From: Histomonas meleagridis 2922-C6/04-290x
Taxonomy: Eukaryota; Protista; Parabasalia
Direction: 5' to 3'
Length of the DNA stretch: 64,000 nucleotides
NCBI GenBank assembly: GCA_020184695.1
Contig: JAANOX010000017.1
Coordinates: forward strand, 124,001 to 188,000
Made by a program: the position numbers and the translations under genes. How positions within the stretch are numbered: the stretch's first letter is position 1; every line of letters starts with the position of its first letter. This document shows positions 16,695 through 27,079 of this stretch, piece after piece. Under the pieces are notes generated by a model. That model was not told the DNA's origin. It saw only the letters and a program-made list of their open reading frames with translations, and searched no databases.

Positions 16695-17792
16695 TTACAT
16701 ATTGTATGGCGCGAAGCCTACAGTAATCATTGGAGGAGGAACAATCCTCTGTGGTCGCAATAGCTTTGGTGAGTGGTTCAGTTTATAGGAATTGCATTCA
16801 AGATAAGAAATTTTGCTCAATTGTTGCATAAAGGAATCTGATGAATTAATGTCAAATGGTGTTTCATCAGTAAAGAATGGATGAGATAAGATCTCTGCAA
16901 CAGTGGGACGCTTAGATGGATCGAGACTGAGCATCTTCTCGATCAAGTCAATAATACAATAAAATTGTTTTGGTAAGTTATCTTCTAAATACTCGTGGAG
17001 AATGGGCTCGCAGTTGCACAAGCTGCTCATAAAAATGTTTGAGTTTGGATAATTAGCAAATTCGGGCCAATTATCATTATTTGGTGATCCGCAAATGTTG
17101 AAAATTGACATTAGACGTGAGACTTCATTTGAACTAGTAGAGTTAAAGAGAATTTTGCCTGTTATAAGAGTATAGAGTAAGCAGCCGAGGCTCCATATAT
17201 CTATGGAAGTTGTATAATGATTGTCATGCATAAGAAGCTCCGGTGCGCGATAGCTCATAGTAACCACATTGTATGTCAGTGGTTTAATTGTGTGGTCAAG
17301 ATTTCGAGCAAGCCCGAAATCTGCAAGTTTAATTTTCCCTTCCGAATCAATGAGAACATTGGAAGGCTTAATGTCTCTGTGGGCAATGTTCTTTGAGTGC
17401 ATATAGCCTAAAGCATTTAATATTTGAAGCATGTATTGCTTGACATTTTTATAGTTAAGACCATGCCCTTCTTTTATAAGAGAATTTAAATCGCACTCGC
17501 AACATTCCAAAACTAAGTAAATTTGATGGTTCTCATGACAGTTGAATATTTTTTTGAGAGAGATAATATTTTCATGAGAATTGTTCATTAAAAATTTTGA
17601 TTCTCTGTAATAGGCCATTGGGAGGCCTTGCATTTTATCAAATATTTTTACCTTTTTTAAAGCGACGATTTCTCCTGAAATTTTATCTCTCGCTTTATAA
17701 ACAGTGCTATAGCACCCTGAACCTAATTCCTGAATTAGGTCATAGTGTGCTTCGATTGTCCCTCCTCCAGGATCAGGAGTCTGGGAATCCAT
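16695..17792 (-). CDS. CMGC/CDK-family protein kinase
   Basis: LGSGCYSTVYKA, VALKK, PMAYYRE (PSTAIRE position), HRDIKPSN, DFGLAR, VVTMSYRAPE. Confidence 0.95.
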   Translation of the reverse strand: MDSQTPDPGGGTIEAHYDLIQELGSGCYSTVYKARDKISGEIVALKKVKIFDKMQGLPMAYYRESKFLMNNSHENIISLKKIFNCHENHQIYLVLECCECDLNSLIKEGHGLNYKNVKQYMLQILNALGYMHSKNIAHRDIKPSNVLIDSEGKIKLADFGLARNLDHTIKPLTYNVVTMSYRAPELLMHDNHYTTSIDIWSLGCLLYTLITGKILFNSTSSNEVSRLMSIFNICGSPNNDNWPEFANYPNSNIFMSSLCNCEPILHEYLEDNLPKQFYCIIDLIEKMLSLDPSKRPTVAEILSHPFFTDETPFDINSSDSFMQQLSKISYLECNSYKLNHSPKLLRPQRIVPPPMITVGFAPYNM

Positions 17793-18736
17793 TGACGAAA
17801 ATGTTTTTCAAACCGCCGACCAAACAGAACCTCACACAAATAAAACGGTTATTTACAAAACCAACAAGTACAAAAACGTTGGGTTATGAAAAAGTGAATA
17901 CGATTAAGGCGAAAACCGCTATAAATGGAATGTGTTGGACACATTCGAAGATACATCCAAATGACCAAATAAGCCAAACAGAAGCATACCAAAAAAAATT
18001 TAATTTTAAGTTAATCGTAAGACAGATGAATTTAGTACAAAATTCTTTTTAAATGATATTTCGATTTTAGGTAAAATCAATCAATAAAATTAAGCATACT
18101 TTGATACAAATAATTTATAAAATGTTATCTCTATGCCAAGAACTAAATGTTTTTAATTAAACAAATTTGTTATTGTCTTAGATGAAACAACATTTATTCG
18201 AATAAATTATCTTTTGGGCAAAATACTTAATAATAATTTATGTTGAATAAACATGTGTTTGTTTTCTTTACTATGTCAACAAAATATTTTTTTCTAAGAC
18301 AAGGATATAACATGTGTTGAGGATAATAATCAAAAATTTATCTTATTATTTTTGAAAAATAATTATATTTAATTTTGTTTAAACTTTTTATTAATAAAGT
18401 ATTATGAATTTATAGAAATTAATTTTGATATCAAAAAATTTACATTATGTATATTTTCCATCATCAAGGAATTATCTGATTTTTTTGGAATGTTTTATTT
18501 TTATATACATAACATATCTTTGTATAGCACGAATTTTTAATTTTTTTTTTTTTTCATTGTCTATCGGCTTTATAACTCTTCGTCCAACCGACTCTCTGGA
18601 TTCAAAAAATGACAATCAGTTGACGGTTTTTCTGACTTAAATTTGTATGTCGTAAACTTATCGATCAGCTGCCACCGAAAATCTTTGAATAGAATGAAAA
18701 CGAATTTTTGAAAAAAACCGACGAATCATTCGGCGT

Positions 18737-21700
18737 ATGGGAGGCTCTTCTTCAGGCACGAAGCAAGATGAAATGCTTGTGGCACGTAAAAATTTGCCAT
18801 ATTCCAAACCAGCAGATTTTGTTCATTATCTAGAAAAAACAATTTCCATTTTTTACTTTTATAGTCCTGTTGAACAAGAATATATTCATAAAGGTTCGGA
18901 TTTATGTCGACTTCTTCTAGGTTTTTATAATCAAATTAATGATAAAAACAAAGTTATTGAGAAAATAATTCAATCAGAAACGGATACCAAATCTGAAACA
19001 TTATATAATCTTGATTTCCTTCATGATGCTTTCGTAACGTCAGCACAAGAACGACAAGACAACTATTTTTCTGTTACTGCTCTTAAATTCTATTCTTTTC
19101 AACAAAATTTCGGACCATTTTTACCATCCAAAGGTAAAATTGAAGGACTTGTTCGTCCAGACATAGGGATTGTTATGGACGCAATTGAAGCCTCATTTCA
19201 AAATGTTTTTGTTAGTAAAGTCAAAAAAGGATTTCAATATAATGCATATACAGAAATCACCAATTTCTTATGGATGTCAGATCCAGTCTCAGCATTTACT
19301 CCACCCACGGTAGCCTTTTTACCAAAGTTTACTCCACCACGACCATTTAATGCAACCTCAATTTGTACTCATGGTGTTTCCTCCAATGGTAAAATGTTGT
19401 TTGTTCTTTGTGGTTCTAATCAACTTCAAGTATTTCCATTAATGAACAATGGTGCAATTCAAAATCCGATAACTGTCGATTTGAATACTTTATTCAACAG
19501 TCCATTACCACAATTTGATCAAGGCACATCATTAGTAGCCTTTAAAGACAACATTAAGATTTATTATCATGATCCTACCAAATATCTTAATTATTATATT
19601 GAAATGCCAATTTCACGATTAGTCTCATTTGGCGATAAACTTAGTGTTAAATCTGTTCAATCACAAAACAATTTATTATGTGTATTAAGTGATGGGATTA
19701 CACTTGTTGAATTATTTAAAGATTTCTGGGTTAATGTATATGAGATTAAAGAAAAAAGACAAGCATTAATTCGAAGAGTAAAATTAGCACCAGGTAATGC
19801 ACCATTATATCAAAATATTCCAACATTATTCCCTAATACGAATTATGAATTAATTCCAATTGAAATCAATGGTAATTGTATAGCATTTACATATATAGTT
19901 GATCGAACTCAGAAACAATCATTATATCGAGTGTTTAGTTTAACAACAGGACGACATATATTAGATGAAATATTTCAATCTCCTTCAAGTATATTTGGAG
20001 CTTGTATTGATCATTTTAATGCATGTCATTGGACAATATCATTTAAGATGCGACGTTTTAATGTAACAAAAATATTATATCGAGGTTCAATTGATCCATT
20101 AATTATTGGGTATAAGAAACATGAAGTTAATCCAGGAAGAAAGATTAAACCTAAAGAAGTATTTCCATATTTAATTACATTATTAAATGATCATATTCCT
20201 TATTCATTAGGATCACAAATTATTAGTCCAATGTATTTATCACGAGATATTAAAATGATTCATCGATTATTAGATATGTTATTAACATTATTAACATTAC
20301 CTAAAGAAAAGAATTCACAAATTAAAATTAAAGTAATGAATTCAGCTTTACAAGTATTAACATTTTATTTAGATTGTAATTTAACATTTATACAAAGTAA
20401 TAAACCAGATATTGATATAGTTAATAAGACATTTGAAGTTATTATGAAATTACCTACAAATTTAGCCGGCTTTTTATTCTTTAATCATTTAGATTACTTT
20501 ATTAATGATATTAGTGAATATCAATTAAGTGTATTTGTTGAATTATTTAAGACAATTGAAAATGAAAACTTATTAATGTATATATATAATAAAATATCAG
20601 AATCTACAGTAATACATAAAATACCATTTAATAAACCAAATTCATTTTCAGATTTAATACCACAAACTATAGATGTAACAATTGATAATGTATCAAATAA
20701 AATCATTACATTATTAATCATTCATCAACGTAATTTATTTATGAGAGGATATAATTATATTAAGAATGAATCTAATGCACAAATTAGTTATTCAGCTAAA
20801 CAAGAAAATAAAACAAATTTAGATTTCTTAGGTGAATATGTATTAAATGTTATTAATAAGTTTGATTTAGCTATTTCAAATTGTAAGTCATATTATGAGT
20901 TAAATAATTCATTAATATATTGTTTATTTATGAATTTAATACGATTAATATCACCATTTGTAAATTATCATACATTTGCACAAATAGCTGCGCCTTATAT
21001 TATTATCCCATTTGATAAATTATTAAAACTTTCAAATGATTCATCATTTTCACATTTACAATATTTAATTTATGTATTTGGTGAATTAGCAGCAGAATTA
21101 GTTAGAGGTGGTACAATATCAGATTTTGAAGAGAAATATCTATGGTTATTAAAATCAAATTATCGATTAAGTAGTAATGATTCAATTATGAATGTATTAG
21201 ATTCTGATGAACCTATAGGTTTTAATGATGTCCGAATTCCTGAGTTTTTAAGTAAAGATGATTTATTAAATACAATATATAAGAAATTTAGACCTCAATT
21301 TAATAAACCTGCAATCTTAACACCAGAAGTAAGGAAAATGGATCGACTTAGTTTATTAGCATTTTCAAAACATTTGGATTGTTTTGATGAATTAATTGAT
21401 TCAAATGAAAAGAAACAAATATCACCACAATTAAAGAAAGCTTGTGAACAAATGATGAAGATTCGTAATACATATCGAAAATTAGTTAAAGATGGTGAAC
21501 CTACTGATGATATGTATACTAAGTTAATGATGTTATTACGTTTAAATCCTTCATATAATATAAATGAAATTGATCCAAATTCTTTAAGTGATTTTGTAAC
21601 TTCTAATTATTCACCTACAAAAATAACTAATTTTATTAAGATACAACAAAATAGAATTAAAATTACTCCAACAGGTTTTGCTTTAATTGATAAAGTTATT

Positions 21701-24700
21701 AATGTAAATTTAGCATTTGGTGAAATCTTAAGTTATACATTAAGTAAAATTGATAAATTTGAAGGATTAAAATATATATTACAAATTGTTGATTTCTCAG
21801 AAACTCAACAACAAAAAGTAGATGAATTCTTTTGTCAAATAGCAAAAATATTAGAAACTTATCCTAATAATAATGTTATTTTAATGGCTTATCGATTCTT
21901 TAGAGATGTAGAAAACTTAGAAACAATTCAAAACAATTTCTTATATAAGATTTATGATTTACATCAAAAATTCCCTCGTAATTATGCATTAATAGCATTA
22001 GCATTAAGTTTATCAAATAAATTAAACTTTGTACCATTACAAATTTATTCTGATTATGATGTAAAGAATTCATTTGATTGGTTATTAATATCAGAAGCTT
22101 CACAACATATGAAACCACCAACAGAATTTGTAGATAATATATTAAGATCAATAGAATTAATACAACCAAATCGTATTCATTTTGTATTAAATACATTATA
22201 TTTCTTTTTGCCTTATATTTCAGATAAAGAATTAGAAGAATTATTTATGAAATTATTACAATTTAATTTTGATTTAACTTCAGATCCAATTATATCATCT
22301 GAAATTATACAATTCCTTCGACATATATTATCTAAAACTTCACCATTTAAAGAGAAAATTGAAAATATTATTTTGAATTTAGATTTAACTAAAGAACAAG
22401 AACGAATTATGATTGGAATCTTTTCTATTTTTGGTTTATCTATGGAAAATGAACGACCATTTTCATTAATTAGGAAAAATATTAATCGTACAACAGTCGA
22501 ATTTTATTATACAGTTCCAAGTGATAATAATATGTTATATTATTCAGCACCATTTAAATTAAATACACCATCAAAATTATTAGAAAATGATAATAAATTA
22601 ACTTATACAGTATCATTATATGAACCTGATTTTAAACATTATGATTATTTCTTAAAATATTTTAATCTTTGTGTATCTGAAAAAACTGTTACTTCAATTA
22701 CTTCAACAATGTATATGCAAGCATTTGCATATTTTTGTCAATTCCCAGATTTTGTAACTAAATTAACACCAGAAATAATGAAAATATTATGTGATCAACC
22801 TATACCATTTTCAGATTTATATGGAGTTGTCGATGCAATTAAACATTATTCAAGTCGAAAACCATTAAAAGACTTAAAATTCTTTAGTCCATTACAATTT
22901 AAGAATCAAGATTTTATATCATATTTAACACCACAAATTAAACTTGATTCAGACGAATTCCGAATTACTTTTGTTAAAACAGAAGGAGATTTTAAAGGTT
23001 ATTTTGGTATAGTATCTGATTCTATTGATGGATTTGCTACAAGATATACATTAGTACAATTTCCAGAAGGTAAAGTTTATCCAGTTATAGATCCTAATTT
23101 TAGAATTCCTATACAACAAAGTCGGAATTTACAAATATATATTAATCCTCGAACTCGAATTTTTAAGATTAATAATAATCCAATACCATTTCCATTAACT
23201 AATTCATTTCGATTTATCATTACAGTTAAAATAGGAACTGAATTTACACTTAATGTTAGTAATGAAAATGTATTTACTAATTCATATTTCTCTAATTATT
23301 CTGGTTATCAACCACGTTATGAAGCTTATCAAGATATCTTAAATGAAGTTACAGAATTTAAGAATATTAATCCCGAATTAATTGATATACAAACTATTAA
23401 ACCTATTTATAAAGGTATATCAGATATACCAATTCATGATAAATTAAGACTTAACTTTATTATACCACCAGATTTTATACCAGTCCATATCAGTTTTTCA
23501 ACAGAATCAGGTCAAGAAATTACATTATCAATGATTAATGGACTTTATTATCGATTAATGAAACAATGGGAAACTATATCATTAATGAGAATTACTAATA
23601 TTAATATAGAATTAGTACAACCCGTAATTTTTAAGTTATTTTCTATTTTTGTAGTACAATTAGAAAGTTTTGTACCTTCATTATTAACTAATAATTCATT
23701 TCCATTTTCATTAAAAGAACCTATATGGAGTGATAATGCAGAAGTTAATCATATTTATGGATCATTTGAAAAAGAAATGATATCAGCATTAAAATGTATT
23801 ATCTCTAAAGAAGAATATTTAGATTTAATATCATTAGGTATTAAAGCTATGGTTAATTCTAAACAATTACATTTATTAGCTTATCCTAATAAAGCACATA
23901 AATTTATTATACCATTTAATCCTAATACTATTTTTAAAGATCGGAATGCAATAATAACTTATAATGATTTCTTAGGTGTACAAAAAGGTGCAGCCACAGT
24001 TAATGGTAATGGAGTTTCATTTCCTTATATCTTAGCTAAAAGTACAAATGAAATTAAAGTACATTTTAATGACATGTCTAAATATATCTCAATATTATCA
24101 TTTGATCAAAGTAATTCTTGGGTATTTGGTAGTGGATTTGAATTATTATTATTATTAAAGAATTTTATATTTATGATCAAAAATCAAAAAGAAAAAATCA
24201 TTGCAAAAAATGTATTTTTAGATTGTTATATAATTCATTCACCATTTATACAAATATTTTTACCACAATTTTATGAATTTATTCGAATGCAATTACCTAC
24301 ATCACCTATTGATCAAGATAAAGAATATTTACAACGTTTAATATTAATGGCTTCTATAGCTAAATGCCGTAATGAGTTTTATTTCATCAATTGTTATAAT
24401 AGTGAATATGATATATTAACAAATAAAAATGCTATTCAACTTACTCCATTCTTCCCTGAATTCTTCTTTGGTAAACTTGAACCACCTAAAAGTAAAACTT
24501 GTATAATCCCTTATACACCTATTGATCCAGTATTATTAAATGGGGATTATAATAAAATATTACAAACTATTCGAATATTAAATAAGGAATATAATACATT
24601 ATCATCATTTCCATTTTGGTTAATTATATCATATTGGTTTAGAATTAGTGAATTTTGGCATGGACAAAAAGAATTTATTCATCCTACAGTCGATCGATAT

Positions 24701-26455
24701 GATCCAACTAAATATGTTATCCGTAATTCTAATCAAATGAATATTACTGTAAAAATCACATTAAATAATCCACGAACACAAATTCCTTATGATTTAATAT
24801 GTACATATTCACAAAGTGAAACATTCGAAGATGGAGAATTCTTACAAGGAGCACAAATATTACGACCTTTTGTAGTAGGACAAGGTAATACATTTATATC
24901 ATTAATTGGACAAGGTAATACTGATCCATGGAAATTATTTACTATTAAATTAGAATATCCAGAACAAAGAACTATTGTTGATAAATCACCTTATCAAGTT
25001 AACATAGATGAAATTCATGATGTATTTATTAGTGATATGCAACAATTTGCTTGTAAATGGAAAGAATCACATACAGAAGAATTATTACAATTATTTTCAC
25101 GTACACAATTACAATCGCCTACATTTGGAGATGTTGAATCTATTGCTAAATCATCATCATTATGTTCACAATTCTCACCAAATGTTGTAATATTACGAGC
25201 ATTATTAATACATTATTATAATTATATTCGTTATAAACATAGAAACAATTTAAATAAACAAATTTTAGATTCATTACGTAAATTAATCTCTATAGATGAA
25301 GCAGCTAGTGGTATTATTGAATCAATTATTACACCTAAAGAATGTATGATTACGTCACCAAGATATGCACCTCAAATGGTATTTAATCGACATGCAGCAC
25401 AACGTATTATATTGGATGGTAAAGGAGAAACTAAATGGTCAATGGTATCACAATTAACACAATACGTTCAAAAGTATAAAGCAGAAGGTTTACGTTATAA
25501 ATATTTCCCTTGGCATATCCAATTCGAAGGTGAAAGTGCTATTGATGCAGGAGGACCAGGACGAGAAGTTGTTGTCGAAGTAGCTACATCTATCTTTGAG
25601 CCTACAACTAAATTAATGGTCCAATTAACACAATCGAATACATTTGTTCCAGATGAAGAATCGACGACACGTTTAAATGATTATTATACTATTGGAGTAT
25701 ATTTAGGTATTATAGTTCGTAATGGCTTTAGTCAAGATTTACCATTTGCAAATATTGTTTGGAAATATTTAGCAGGAGAAAAAATCACAAAGAAAGATAT
25801 AATGAATGAAGACTCAACTTTAGGTACTTTATTCAAGAACTTAAATGAAGATTTAATCACTACAAATTGGATAATCACTGGTTGGAATCAAAAGAAAATA
25901 CTTTTGCCAAATCATAAAGATGTTAAAGTAGAAAAAGATGATATTGATCAATATATCGATGAATTTATTAATTATCGAATTAATTCGATATTACCAATGT
26001 TGGAACAAATGAGAAATGGGTTTAGAGATAACATCGGATTTAAACATCATAACTTATTGTCCGGTTGTACATTATCAAGGTTAGCACAAGGAAGCGGAGC
26101 GATCTCTGTACAATATTTGAAGTCGATTACTACTGTGACAGGTTTCTCGGATGGAATGCAAAACCCAATCATACAAAGGTTTTGGAGAGCTGTCGAAAGA
26201 TTGAATCAGGAACAATTGAAGTTGTTGCTCAAGTTTATTACGACGTTCACAAGATTACCAAACTCTGTGATAGCTCCAAACTTTAAGCTGAAAATAGATA
26301 ATAACGTGAACGTAAGCGGTGACCCGAATCAGCTGCTGCCAAGCGCTTCAACATGCTTCAACTTGTTGCATTTGCCGTCCTATACTGACGATGAGGCAGC
26401 GTACGAAAAAATAGTTTACGCTATAACATACTGCCAAACAATGGAAAATAAGTAA
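18737..26455 (+). CDS. Giant HECT E3 ubiquitin ligase (2572 aa) with a possible N-myristoylation site
   Basis: C-terminal FEGESAIDAGGPGRE...FW..V...LLKFIT...LPSASTCFNLLHLPSY; N-terminus MGGSSS. Confidence 0.93.
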   Translation: MGGSSSGTKQDEMLVARKNLPYSKPADFVHYLEKTISIFYFYSPVEQEYIHKGSDLCRLLLGFYNQINDKNKVIEKIIQSETDTKSETLYNLDFLHDAFVTSAQERQDNYFSVTALKFYSFQQNFGPFLPSKGKIEGLVRPDIGIVMDAIEASFQNVFVSKVKKGFQYNAYTEITNFLWMSDPVSAFTPPTVAFLPKFTPPRPFNATSICTHGVSSNGKMLFVLCGSNQLQVFPLMNNGAIQNPITVDLNTLFNSPLPQFDQGTSLVAFKDNIKIYYHDPTKYLNYYIEMPISRLVSFGDKLSVKSVQSQNNLLCVLSDGITLVELFKDFWVNVYEIKEKRQALIRRVKLAPGNAPLYQNIPTLFPNTNYELIPIEINGNCIAFTYIVDRTQKQSLYRVFSLTTGRHILDEIFQSPSSIFGACIDHFNACHWTISFKMRRFNVTKILYRGSIDPLIIGYKKHEVNPGRKIKPKEVFPYLITLLNDHIPYSLGSQIISPMYLSRDIKMIHRLLDMLLTLLTLPKEKNSQIKIKVMNSALQVLTFYLDCNLTFIQSNKPDIDIVNKTFEVIMKLPTNLAGFLFFNHLDYFINDISEYQLSVFVELFKTIENENLLMYIYNKISESTVIHKIPFNKPNSFSDLIPQTIDVTIDNVSNKIITLLIIHQRNLFMRGYNYIKNESNAQISYSAKQENKTNLDFLGEYVLNVINKFDLAISNCKSYYELNNSLIYCLFMNLIRLISPFVNYHTFAQIAAPYIIIPFDKLLKLSNDSSFSHLQYLIYVFGELAAELVRGGTISDFEEKYLWLLKSNYRLSSNDSIMNVLDSDEPIGFNDVRIPEFLSKDDLLNTIYKKFRPQFNKPAILTPEVRKMDRLSLLAFSKHLDCFDELIDSNEKKQISPQLKKACEQMMKIRNTYRKLVKDGEPTDDMYTKLMMLLRLNPSYNINEIDPNSLSDFVTSNYSPTKITNFIKIQQNRIKITPTGFALIDKVINVNLAFGEILSYTLSKIDKFEGLKYILQIVDFSETQQQKVDEFFCQIAKILETYPNNNVILMAYRFFRDVENLETIQNNFLYKIYDLHQKFPRNYALIALALSLSNKLNFVPLQIYSDYDVKNSFDWLLISEASQHMKPPTEFVDNILRSIELIQPNRIHFVLNTLYFFLPYISDKELEELFMKLLQFNFDLTSDPIISSEIIQFLRHILSKTSPFKEKIENIILNLDLTKEQERIMIGIFSIFGLSMENERPFSLIRKNINRTTVEFYYTVPSDNNMLYYSAPFKLNTPSKLLENDNKLTYTVSLYEPDFKHYDYFLKYFNLCVSEKTVTSITSTMYMQAFAYFCQFPDFVTKLTPEIMKILCDQPIPFSDLYGVVDAIKHYSSRKPLKDLKFFSPLQFKNQDFISYLTPQIKLDSDEFRITFVKTEGDFKGYFGIVSDSIDGFATRYTLVQFPEGKVYPVIDPNFRIPIQQSRNLQIYINPRTRIFKINNNPIPFPLTNSFRFIITVKIGTEFTLNVSNENVFTNSYFSNYSGYQPRYEAYQDILNEVTEFKNINPELIDIQTIKPIYKGISDIPIHDKLRLNFIIPPDFIPVHISFSTESGQEITLSMINGLYYRLMKQWETISLMRITNINIELVQPVIFKLFSIFVVQLESFVPSLLTNNSFPFSLKEPIWSDNAEVNHIYGSFEKEMISALKCIISKEEYLDLISLGIKAMVNSKQLHLLAYPNKAHKFIIPFNPNTIFKDRNAIITYNDFLGVQKGAATVNGNGVSFPYILAKSTNEIKVHFNDMSKYISILSFDQSNSWVFGSGFELLLLLKNFIFMIKNQKEKIIAKNVFLDCYIIHSPFIQIFLPQFYEFIRMQLPTSPIDQDKEYLQRLILMASIAKCRNEFYFINCYNSEYDILTNKNAIQLTPFFPEFFFGKLEPPKSKTCIIPYTPIDPVLLNGDYNKILQTIRILNKEYNTLSSFPFWLIISYWFRISEFWHGQKEFIHPTVDRYDPTKYVIRNSNQMNITVKITLNNPRTQIPYDLICTYSQSETFEDGEFLQGAQILRPFVVGQGNTFISLIGQGNTDPWKLFTIKLEYPEQRTIVDKSPYQVNIDEIHDVFISDMQQFACKWKESHTEELLQLFSRTQLQSPTFGDVESIAKSSSLCSQFSPNVVILRALLIHYYNYIRYKHRNNLNKQILDSLRKLISIDEAASGIIESIITPKECMITSPRYAPQMVFNRHAAQRIILDGKGETKWSMVSQLTQYVQKYKAEGLRYKYFPWHIQFEGESAIDAGGPGREVVVEVATSIFEPTTKLMVQLTQSNTFVPDEESTTRLNDYYTIGVYLGIIVRNGFSQDLPFANIVWKYLAGEKITKKDIMNEDSTLGTLFKNLNEDLITTNWIITGWNQKKILLPNHKDVKVEKDDIDQYIDEFINYRINSILPMLEQMRNGFRDNIGFKHHNLLSGCTLSRLAQGSGAISVQYLKSITTVTGFSDGMQNPIIQRFWRAVERLNQEQLKLLLKFITTFTRLPNSVIAPNFKLKIDNNVNVSGDPNQLLPSASTCFNLLHLPSYTDDEAAYEKIVYAITYCQTMENK

Positions 26456-26479
26456 AAAGGAAAATAACTCTTCATTTCA

Positions 26480-26835
26480 CTTGTACGTTAATGTCTTTCG
26501 AGAAGTAATTGAACTGTTTCTGAAAGTGGAAATAAGCGCAGTGTGATATATAAAATAAAACATATAAATATCCTTTGTATAAACATCAGTTCCTTCGTGT
26601 TCAGGAAGTAATTGAACTATTTTTGGGTTAACAAATGAAGATGTAATCACAAGTGCTGTTTAATATGGTTTAATAAAGTTTCAAATAAAACATATAAATA
26701 TTTTTGCATAAACATCAATAGCTTCTTGTTCAAGAGGTAATTGAACTGTTTCTGTGAAACCATTTTCAAATGCTAAAATAAGTGCTGTCCAAAATAATTT
26801 AAATAATATCCAAATATTATTTTCCAAAATAAACA
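26480..26835 (-). pseudogene. Degenerate ankyrin remnant (2-3 units) with residual 17-nt spacers
   Basis: G[TATTATTTAAATTATTT]W-TALILAFENGFTETVQLPLEQEAIDVYAKN[ATTTATATGTTTTATTT]E...TALVITSS... Confidence 0.65.
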
Positions 26836-27079
26836 GAAAATAAACAAACCACCCTCAAACCAACCCAAACAAAGAAAGAACTTAGAGAAAGCAATCCATG
26901 AAATTATTGATAAATCTACAGAACAAATGCAGCAAAAATAATTTATAAGTGTTGTAACTTATATTTTTATTTGAATAAACAAACTAATTTATTTAAACCA
27001 AATAACCACACGTTCATTGAACATGTTTATTCGAGTGATAACATAATAAACACGCACTATATGTAAAGCACTCAATATG

